From positions 1-64,000 of IMG/VR virus record IMGVR_UViG_3300031555_003522: a stretch of DNA of 64,000 nt. One strand, written 5' to 3'. Position numbers and translations under genes: made by a program. Positions within the stretch are counted from its first letter, which is position 1. Each line of letters starts with the position of its first letter. This DNA is from a virus (lineage: Duplodnaviria; Caudoviricetes). Below the pieces are notes generated by a model. The model was not told where the DNA came from, searched no databases, and saw only the letters and a list, made by a program, of their open reading frames with translations. Positions 29,544 to 37,670 of this stretch are shown here, in pieces.

Positions 29544-31736
29544 ATGGCATTCGTGTCATCTGTTTTGACTGATAATAAGGTTTGCACCTTATTAAGTGAT
29601 AGTAATGTTTCTTCTATAAAAGAAATGACAACTTCAGTAGATGAATCTTATATTTATTCTATTCTGGAATTTAATGAGAAACTTCATAGAATAGAAATTG
29701 AAGATAAGATAGATTATTATAGAGCTTTGGTTGAAAGCATTAATGGTGATAAATCGAAGCTTGAAGGTATTTATGAATCTATGCTCGTAAATGCAATAAA
29801 GAGATTAGGTGAAATTGTCACAGCTATAATTGAATGGATAAAAAATAAACTACAAGATATATTTGAAATAAATAGGATGTCTCAAACCGAATTCAATATG
29901 AAAAAGAAGACATCTAAGGGATTTGTTAGAAATATTGATATAGAAAAAGAGTATACATTCACATGCTTTAATTATCCAAGATTTGATAATCTGGATAGTA
30001 AGATTTGTGATGATGCCCTGAAAGATATATTTAGCAATATTGATGAAATATGCAATGGTAGAGATCTTCCTGAAGCTAGCGATACAACTTTGAAGCTTGC
30101 TTATTCTAAACTGTCTAAGAGTATAGAAGATAGCGTCAAATCTGATGCTATAAGTGTGATTAGAAGAGAATATCTTGGTCCTCGTGAAGATAAAGAAAGT
30201 TTTGTAAAGTTTATCAATAATAATATCATTTTCAGATATCGTGAAAAGATGCACTATTATACGTGGAAAGATAAGTTTATCGATCCTATTTCCGATATTG
30301 GTAGAGATGCTATTAATAGCAAAATGAGATATATTACAGATAAGCTTGAGAGAATTAAAGAAAAGGTTTCTACATTGGAAACTCTTGATGAGTTGCAGCG
30401 TACTAATTTAAACGCTTATATAGCTCAGGCTAACTCTATAATCAGATCTTATGAATGGTTTCTTTATACCACTATTAATATGAGACGTGCTCATATGAAA
30501 GAGGTTATTAGAGTTTATAATAATATTGTAAATAATAGTGGTTCTGTATCTGAATCCGGAACAATTCATGGTGAGTTGTTCGATTCTGATACATTATTCG
30601 ATAATGAAGATATTAGAGACTTTAACAGTACTGAATGGGCCAACCTAAAGCTAGAAAGCGAATTCTATTCTATGCAATATAATATAGCAGAAGAACATAA
30701 GCTGGCTGCTATTAGAGAGGCCCTAATTCGTACAGAAGAAGGTTTAAATATTAGCGAAAAATATCTGAAGTTAGAGGCATTAAATGCTCAAACGTGGCAG
30801 AAGGCAAAAGTTATCATAGATCAATTTATCAAGAATATAATTGCTATTCTTGATAAGGCTATAGCTGCCGTTTTAGATAAACTCAATCCTCATGCCGTAT
30901 ATACAAAAGCTCATGAAAAAGATATCTATGCTAATAGATTTGCTATTAAAGCCACATCTAAGATTGATCTTTTTAATGGTATGAATAGAGTTCGAGAAGA
31001 GATTAGACCTGTTCCTTATGACTATGAAAAGATGAAAAATGATTTGGAGCATGTTGAAACTTTCTTCAAGAAATATATTTTACCTGATTTGGAGAGGTCT
31101 TCTTTCAAGGTACGTAATAATGTCCAATTTAATGATCAGATGTCTATCGGTCAATATATGAGAGCTTATTATGGATTACCTGTGGGAGATAATCCTAAAG
31201 AAATAGAGTTTAGTGCAGAAGATCTTGAACGTAATAAGCCTGCTATGCTGAAGTATATCAGTTCTCCCAATGAGATATTTGCTAAGTTGAGATCCGACCT
31301 ATCACAGCTTGAAACAAATGCAAAGAGAGCTGCAAGCAATATGTCTAAACCTCAACCTGCACCTAAGCAAATACCTGAAAATGCAGCTTCTACTAATAAA
31401 GAAGAACCCAAACAGGAATCTGTATACTCTTTCCTTTATGGAACATGGATTACAGAAGCAGAGGTAGAAGTATTAGATAAAGATGGTAATGTAATTAATA
31501 GCAATCCGAATGGAAGCTACGCTTCTGAAGAAACTGCTATTAGAAACTATCTGATGGCATATAAGATTGTATATGAAGCAAAGATCAATGCCGCTAGATC
31601 TATTATTTCTGAATTTGGAAATATAGTGAAAGCTCATGTCGAGTATTATAATCCTAAGAAGAAAAATGCTAGCACTCAGCAGAATGCTCAGTCTAATACT
31701 AATAAAAATCCTAATCCTGCTCCTGCAGGTGCTTAA
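29544..31736 (+). CDS. internal head protein, two tandem units
   Basis: GAGGTG RBS, ATG 29544; two propeptide+helix units separated by VSES; VDES, LVES, IYES, KQES, ITEA sites. Confidence 0.55.
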   Translation: MAFVSSVLTDNKVCTLLSDSNVSSIKEMTTSVDESYIYSILEFNEKLHRIEIEDKIDYYRALVESINGDKSKLEGIYESMLVNAIKRLGEIVTAIIEWIKNKLQDIFEINRMSQTEFNMKKKTSKGFVRNIDIEKEYTFTCFNYPRFDNLDSKICDDALKDIFSNIDEICNGRDLPEASDTTLKLAYSKLSKSIEDSVKSDAISVIRREYLGPREDKESFVKFINNNIIFRYREKMHYYTWKDKFIDPISDIGRDAINSKMRYITDKLERIKEKVSTLETLDELQRTNLNAYIAQANSIIRSYEWFLYTTINMRRAHMKEVIRVYNNIVNNSGSVSESGTIHGELFDSDTLFDNEDIRDFNSTEWANLKLESEFYSMQYNIAEEHKLAAIREALIRTEEGLNISEKYLKLEALNAQTWQKAKVIIDQFIKNIIAILDKAIAAVLDKLNPHAVYTKAHEKDIYANRFAIKATSKIDLFNGMNRVREEIRPVPYDYEKMKNDLEHVETFFKKYILPDLERSSFKVRNNVQFNDQMSIGQYMRAYYGLPVGDNPKEIEFSAEDLERNKPAMLKYISSPNEIFAKLRSDLSQLETNAKRAASNMSKPQPAPKQIPENAASTNKEEPKQESVYSFLYGTWITEAEVEVLDKDGNVINSNPNGSYASEETAIRNYLMAYKIVYEAKINAARSIISEFGNIVKAHVEYYNPKKKNASTQQNAQSNTNKNPNPAPAGA

Positions 31737-31744
31737 CAAACAGA

Positions 31745-31780
31745 TACGAGTAGGACATAAAAGTCCTACTCGTAATATTT
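31745..31780. terminator. terminator between convergent genes
   Basis: TACGAGTAGGAC / GTCCTACTCGTA hairpin. Confidence 0.75.
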
Positions 31781-32997
31781 TAAACTGGAGATTTCTCCAG
31801 TAGTAGCATTACATTCATTCTCATAGTATCGCCATTTTTAATATAGAGTTCCCTCTTATTGACCAAGATATAGCGTCCATCGTATTTATCAGTATCATAA
31901 ACTTCTTCAGCGCGTACCATGTATTCTTTATTTAAAGTAAATATAGAAGAATCTGTATCAGTTTTTTGAATCATGAGCTGCACTTTTCCAGATTCTAACC
32001 TATTAGAAATGTTACTTAACATTCCAGCATTATCGTTATGAATTCTAATATTTCTACTCTTTGCTTTAACTGGGCCGAGAGAATCTGAATAATTTAAAGT
32101 GGCATTACTCCTTGTTCCACTTGAATCTGTAGCATTTATCTTTGTATAACTTCTGGGAGCCACATGGTTATCATACAACTCAACATCAGATCCATCCACT
32201 TCAACGACATACATTGATTCTTTTGGATCTACCCACATACCTCCCTCTTTAATACCTTCCTGAACGCTATTTTTCAATTTGATCATAACTGTAGTTACCA
32301 ATTCACCCTGTTTCTGGACTGCCTTTCCAGAAGATGATATTAAATAGCTACAATCAAAATCAATGAAAAATCTATATCTAGTAGGATAAAATACAGAAAT
32401 ATTATTGAGATAGGATAGAGCTTTAGAAACGCTATTCATTGGAGGAATAAATTGATTGGTGAGAGTTATATTATTTTTAGGCGGTTCTATAACTATAGGA
32501 AGGTGGCTAGTAATATAGTATAGTACAGAACTGAGCTTGCCATTAACTACACAATTTATATCTCGTTTATTTTTATTTACATGATCTAGGTTTAAAAGAC
32601 CAATAGTGAATGTATCATATTCATTATCCACTTCATCATTATCTAAACCCAAATCTTTATTTGTATCTTCAGAAACAATATATATGAATTTACCAGAAAT
32701 ATAATCTGTGAAAAAACCATCTATATTATCATTAAATATTCTTTTCTTAAGATCTAAGATAGCAATAGCTGTATCTTGTTCTTGAACAATTTTATCAAGA
32801 AGGCCATCTTCTGTATGAATGGTTGCAAATACCATAGGCATATTATTGCCTATATAATCACTATCTATGACAATACTCATTATATTATCAGATGCTAGAT
32901 CATATATAGTACCATCTGTAAATATAAATTTTAAAGATGCCTGATATCCATAACTATTAGCAGTATTCAAAGAATTATATTGATCTAGTGGTGCCAT
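31780..32997 (-). CDS. virion protein, possibly baseplate hub
   Basis: About 405 aa, beta-rich; GAGGTG RBS; late promoter 33042-33053 (-). Confidence 0.45.
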   Translation of the reverse strand: MAPLDQYNSLNTANSYGYQASLKFIFTDGTIYDLASDNIMSIVIDSDYIGNNMPMVFATIHTEDGLLDKIVQEQDTAIAILDLKKRIFNDNIDGFFTDYISGKFIYIVSEDTNKDLGLDNDEVDNEYDTFTIGLLNLDHVNKNKRDINCVVNGKLSSVLYYITSHLPIVIEPPKNNITLTNQFIPPMNSVSKALSYLNNISVFYPTRYRFFIDFDCSYLISSSGKAVQKQGELVTTVMIKLKNSVQEGIKEGGMWVDPKESMYVVEVDGSDVELYDNHVAPRSYTKINATDSSGTRSNATLNYSDSLGPVKAKSRNIRIHNDNAGMLSNISNRLESGKVQLMIQKTDTDSSIFTLNKEYMVRAEEVYDTDKYDGRYILVNKRELYIKNGDTMRMNVMLLLEKSPV

Positions 32998-33067
32998 TTT
33001 AATCACCTCGAAAAAAAAAATAAAGGTAGTGATCCATCCACTACCTTTATGTTAAAGCATCTATGAT

Positions 33068-34165
33068 TTACACTCTGTTTAGGTCTAAAGGGTACTTACG
33101 GAAATATTGATCGTTTAAGTTTCTTATTTCTTGAGGATTATATAGATTTACGAGATTTGTTGCAATATTCATACACTCTAATTGAGTGGATCTCATGGAT
33201 TCCTGATACGGGAGATCTAATGCAGCAAATCTAGATTTAATAATCTCTCCATTTAGTGAAGGAGAAAGAGAAACTAAACGCTCCAAAGTATTAGGCATAT
33301 ACAGAATGGAATTAGCGTTATAGCCATTAGCCAATATATTTTCATTTACTGCTCTTTCCAGCAACACAAGAGCTTGATTAGCATTTAGTATGGAATTAAA
33401 ACTTCTAGTTCTTACTCCACAAATGGCCTGATATAAGCTTATCATTTTTACATCCAACTGCGTTGGGATATCTTTTGAAAGCTTTAATTCTCCATTTCTA
33501 TATGCGGCAAATAATGTGCTTTTTGTAACTACCCAAGAATTATCTTGAGACATACTTTTTGTCGGTCTATATAGAAATGTATATGGCTTGAATGCTACTA
33601 ATTGGTAGCTCAATTGATCTTTGCTATACACTATACTAGGTATAGTTATATTCGATTTATTTTCTTTGGCATTAAGATCCATTATATAGGATGCCATAAC
33701 ATTAAACTCATTCTCGAAATTTACGATACAAAAGATATCATACAGATATTGACAAAGCAATTGTGTAATCTCTAGATTATCTTTTATGAGATTTTGTAAG
33801 AATGAGTTAGAGTCTTCCATTAATATATTTTTTTCGTTATATCTGGGGAACAAATTTAATGCTTCTCTTGGTCTAGCTCCTCCATATATAATATATACTT
33901 TACTAGAAACTCTATGCCTTGATTCGAAATATGCTCTTATGTGGATTGCAAGATTTATTAAACAAGATGCAATGGAAAACGAATCATCCACTTGAATTGA
34001 ATTTCCACGCTTAAATATTCCGCGTATGAATGAATAAGCGTCTATATAGACATTGACCATATTACTGTCAGTCCGACCATAGAATGCAAACTTAGTCATC
34101 TCATACATTCTGTCATATCTTATATAGCTTCCGTATAAGATATCTGCTATAAGAGTTTCGTTCAT
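33068..34165 (-). CDS. conserved jumbo-phage protein, possible PIN/5'-3' nuclease-like fold
   Basis: NVYIDAYS N-terminal motif and IVYSKD motif; fold call is weak. Confidence 0.4.
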   Translation of the reverse strand: MNETLIADILYGSYIRYDRMYEMTKFAFYGRTDSNMVNVYIDAYSFIRGIFKRGNSIQVDDSFSIASCLINLAIHIRAYFESRHRVSSKVYIIYGGARPREALNLFPRYNEKNILMEDSNSFLQNLIKDNLEITQLLCQYLYDIFCIVNFENEFNVMASYIMDLNAKENKSNITIPSIVYSKDQLSYQLVAFKPYTFLYRPTKSMSQDNSWVVTKSTLFAAYRNGELKLSKDIPTQLDVKMISLYQAICGVRTRSFNSILNANQALVLLERAVNENILANGYNANSILYMPNTLERLVSLSPSLNGEIIKSRFAALDLPYQESMRSTQLECMNIATNLVNLYNPQEIRNLNDQYFRKYPLDLNRV

Positions 34166-34180
34166 AAGAACTACACCCCT

Positions 34181-34588
34181 TTACAGAATTGATTTAGGAT
34201 CATAGAAGAGTTCTTCTACTTTAGGTTGTACAGAACGTTCAATAATTAAACTCCCGAGTTCAGATTCCTTTTCTTCTAAGATATCTTTTACATTTTCCAA
34301 GAAGTCAGGCCTATTTTTAATACCATCGAGAGTTTTTCTTGTATCTCCATACCCATGTGAAAGAAGTGCCTGGATCAAATTATCCGGACCTTGCTCTGTC
34401 ATAAATGATACGCCTTTACCAGCAATTTCTTCTCCAGTACTGCTAGTATACCATCTACGAATATCTAATTTAAAATTAGATGTTGGAGACCATCTTAACT
34501 TTCTTAATGCGATAAAGCTACTGCCGGGAACTTCGTCAATAACTTCATCTATAGATGGATCTATTTCGAGTTGTAATTCTTTAGCCAT
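34181..34588 (-). CDS. PC4/YdbC-like ssDNA-binding protein
   Basis: LRKLRW..KLDIRRW..GKGVSF matches the YdbC/PC4 signature. Confidence 0.7.
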   Translation of the reverse strand: MAKELQLEIDPSIDEVIDEVPGSSFIALRKLRWSPTSNFKLDIRRWYTSSTGEEIAGKGVSFMTEQGPDNLIQALLSHGYGDTRKTLDGIKNRPDFLENVKDILEEKESELGSLIIERSVQPKVEELFYDPKSIL

Positions 34589-34608
34589 TGTTTGAAGTCC
34601 TCCTTGTT

Positions 34609-34652
34609 AAAAAAGAAAGGCGTGGAGATACGGGACTCCACGCCTTCTTTCT
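34609..34652 (-). terminator. intrinsic terminator (minus strand)
   Basis: AAGGCGTGGAG / CTCCACGCCTT hairpin with U-run on the minus strand. Confidence 0.75.
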
Positions 34653-34717
34653 TTATCTCAAGTAAATCAATGCTGCTTATAAATAAACAACTATTGATTT
34701 ACTTATAGATTTTTCAG

Positions 34718-35479
34718 TTATCGATTATAGGTGTGAATAGAAGTATTGGGGGTATACACACCCAGAGTACGCTGCAGCTTACGCACAGTATCCGCATTCA
34801 GCTGAGCAACCTGCATAATGAATTCAGTGCTACGATAGGGAAGTGCAGTGCTGGCAGTAGCCATGTACTCAAACTGGCCTTCTTCAGTCTTCTTGCCGTA
34901 CATCTTGGTGATCAGAGCATTCAGGCTCAGACCGGAAATGACAACGACAACCTCATTCTGGCCATAGGGAGCATTGATCTGGGTAAAGATCTCAGCAGTG
35001 TGATCTGCCCAACGGGTACGTGCACCCATAGGCATGAACTCTTCGAGAATCTCATAGGTCTCGGGAGTAACAGTGAATGCACGATTGCTCTGTGCACCAA
35101 CGACACTGACGAAACGAGAGCTCAGAGAAGGCTTCTTATCGCCATTTTCTGCAACAGGTGCTTCGCCATTGCGCTTCAGGTTCTTGACATCAGAATTACC
35201 CTTGCTATCCTTCAGATACAGGTCGGCATACAGGGAGCCGAATTCCATAGTACCAGAGATATTGGGATAACCATTGTCCACGCGGCCGTCATTGATACGA
35301 ATACGGCAGCCATAATAGTCGGGCATAACAGCGGAGAACATCTCACCGATCAGCTCGGCCATATCGATTGTGGTGATCAGCTGGGTCTTCAGGTCGCCGG
35401 TAAATTCGAGATTCTGGGGCAACTTAATACGCAGCTTATCCTTTGTTTCAATCTGGGGATTCAATTTCTGTTCGCTCAT
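34718..35479 (-). CDS. hypothetical, probably highly expressed early protein
   Basis: AAAGGAG RBS; TATATTAT on minus strand at 35562-35569; markedly C-ending/CTG codon usage. Confidence 0.7.
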   Translation of the reverse strand: MSEQKLNPQIETKDKLRIKLPQNLEFTGDLKTQLITTIDMAELIGEMFSAVMPDYYGCRIRINDGRVDNGYPNISGTMEFGSLYADLYLKDSKGNSDVKNLKRNGEAPVAENGDKKPSLSSRFVSVVGAQSNRAFTVTPETYEILEEFMPMGARTRWADHTAEIFTQINAPYGQNEVVVVISGLSLNALITKMYGKKTEEGQFEYMATASTALPYRSTEFIMQVAQLNADTVRKLQRTLGVYTPNTSIHTYNR

Positions 35480-35627
35480 AATTGGTAGCTCCTTTTCTAA
35501 AATAAAATTTGATTACAAAATTGTTAAAGACACTGTAAATTAGTATCTTGAACTCATGAGTATAATATATGCCTAATAAATAGTTTAACAGATTGTTTTT
35601 AATACTATTATTGAAGAATATATTAGA

Positions 35628-36548
35628 TCATGATTCTGGGTGTAACCGAACTTGCGGTATATATTCGTTATCAGACATATCATATCCAACAATATACACA
35701 TTCTTATGATTCTCGGCAGCAGAAGTTACTAAGATATAATCTCGTTTAATTGTCTTCAAATCAATCTCTCTAGTATATTTCACCACATATGTGGCCATGA
35801 TATTTCTCTTTATGATATCTTCTAAGAATACAACATTATTGAAAGTAAGGTGATCTAAATCACCATAACCATCTTTACCTTCAATGTGGTACGGTAATTC
35901 TACTATACCAAAACACTTTCTAAAATCATACATGAAATTATTAATTTCAAGTAATTCCTTATAAGTTTCGCATAATCCAGAGTCGGGGTATGTCACGTAA
36001 TTCGCTCTAATCTGGCCTGCAGTGTTTCTCAAAACTGTATCGTATTTTTTGACATTCAAATACCTAAGAATGTCGTCAAGTACATCATCTAGATATACCA
36101 TAATAGTTGCGGTCTCTTTAATACCTTCGCATACAAAAATATCTTTAAAATCAATATTGCTAGGACAAGAATCTTTATTGATTGATAGTCCTAGAATAGT
36201 TTTGTTCATTCTGGATGTCATATTTGTAAAGATATCATAAATACATTGACGACAAACCGCAAATGGAAGATCTGCAGTTCTATCATCATAAGATACGACT
36301 GATGTAATTACATCAGATCCGATGCCAACCTTTGCGATAGTTACATTTAACAATCCATCAGGCTTGAGCATCTTATATCTAGATTTCAATTCATCTAAAG
36401 TCATAGATTTCTTATTATTATCTTTATCGAAATAATCGATTTTCTTTGCAACTTCATCAAAAGATCGAACCCGAATAATTTCGGGTTCATCTTGATTAGC
36501 TTCATATCTAAAATACTTAGTACCTCGAATAATCTGTTGAGTTGACAT
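35628..36548 (-). CDS. hypothetical protein
   Basis: About 306 aa, AAGGAG RBS in the end of the upstream gene. Confidence 0.7.
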   Translation of the reverse strand: MSTQQIIRGTKYFRYEANQDEPEIIRVRSFDEVAKKIDYFDKDNNKKSMTLDELKSRYKMLKPDGLLNVTIAKVGIGSDVITSVVSYDDRTADLPFAVCRQCIYDIFTNMTSRMNKTILGLSINKDSCPSNIDFKDIFVCEGIKETATIMVYLDDVLDDILRYLNVKKYDTVLRNTAGQIRANYVTYPDSGLCETYKELLEINNFMYDFRKCFGIVELPYHIEGKDGYGDLDHLTFNNVVFLEDIIKRNIMATYVVKYTREIDLKTIKRDYILVTSAAENHKNVYIVGYDMSDNEYIPQVRLHPES

Positions 36549-36553
36549 AATTA

Positions 36554-37567
36554 TCAATACTCCTTTTTAGGCTGATAGAATCTACTTGCTGTAGCATCTT
36601 CCTGTTTATAATATCTACCTCTATAAAGTTTTGCCTTTTTACCTGCAGGGGTAAAGAAACAGACTTGAGCAATTTCTTCATTAGGATAAATACGTACGGG
36701 TTCGACCACAGTAATTTCAAGAGTCCATGTTCCATCAAAACCGATATCTCCAAAACCAGCACAAATATGTATAGAAATACCTAATCTACCGCCAGAAGAA
36801 CGACCGTTAATCATGGGGATAAATCTATCAGTAGCAGTTCTTTCTACAGTTCTACCAATATAGAGAACTCCAGGCTGTAGGACATATCCTTCTTCAGGAA
36901 TCTCAAACTCGATAGTTTCATTTTTCTTATGCATATCGAGAGGAGGTAAGTAATTACTATCAATAATAGGGAGAGATTTAATTTCTTCATCTCTCTCACG
37001 AGACTTACGGTCATTATACTCGACAGTACCTCCAAGCTGATTGAATGCTCCGCTCCATTTGGTTTCAAGAGTGTCTATCTTCTCATCAAATTCGCCCTCA
37101 AGCTCCTTAAATCTATCAGTAATAACATTGGCTGTAATAAAACTAATGCCATGGGAACTAGTCTTTATTTCTGTATCAGCAGAACTATTAGAATCACTAT
37201 ATTTAGTTTCAGATTCTTGAACAGATTCAGTGTTTACGTTTTCGCCTTCATCATTGTTTCGTGCAGGCTCATCAATATAAGAAATATTAGATGCATCAGC
37301 AACTTCAATACCAATTTCACCTTCTTGATGCTGCACCATATCACAAATATTAATAGATGTATTCTCAAATGTCCTAGCGATATGGGGAGTAATATTTGCT
37401 CTCTCAGCATCTCTCTTATAAATAAGAAGCTGAGGGTGAAGCTTTAAATTATAACTATTGGGGTTTACACACTTAGGATCGTAGGGAGTAATCTGGATGT
37501 GGCCCTTCTTTACCCTACGTTCAATTTCTGTTCCGGTAAGCATACCATCTCTAGAAAATAATGACAT
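36554..37567 (-). CDS. dcd: dCTP deaminase with large internal insertion
   Basis: NPNSYNLKL, GRSSGGRLG, AGFGDIGFDGTWTLEI, YRGRY motifs; about 155-aa acidic insert. Confidence 0.85.
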   Translation of the reverse strand: MSLFSRDGMLTGTEIERRVKKGHIQITPYDPKCVNPNSYNLKLHPQLLIYKRDAERANITPHIARTFENTSINICDMVQHQEGEIGIEVADASNISYIDEPARNNDEGENVNTESVQESETKYSDSNSSADTEIKTSSHGISFITANVITDRFKELEGEFDEKIDTLETKWSGAFNQLGGTVEYNDRKSRERDEEIKSLPIIDSNYLPPLDMHKKNETIEFEIPEEGYVLQPGVLYIGRTVERTATDRFIPMINGRSSGGRLGISIHICAGFGDIGFDGTWTLEITVVEPVRIYPNEEIAQVCFFTPAGKKAKLYRGRYYKQEDATASRFYQPKKEY

Positions 37568-37670
37568 GATTTTTCCTCCAATTTATTTAAATTTCTTAAT
37601 AGTAAGTTTAAGAGCATATAGTTTTACAATAAAATGGAAGAGGGGTGGAATATATTCCACCCCTATATGA

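Noticed and set aside
6956-35488. Long antisense ORFs (e.g. 11213-12085, 14151-14903, 19253-20104, 27156-28010, 28244-29341, 34733-35488)
   Set aside because: Shadows of codon-biased genes on the opposite strand; no RBS or promoter
36947-37411. Intein in dCTP deaminase
   Set aside because: No Cys/Ser start, no His-Asn end followed by Cys/Ser/Thr, no LAGLIDADG motifs
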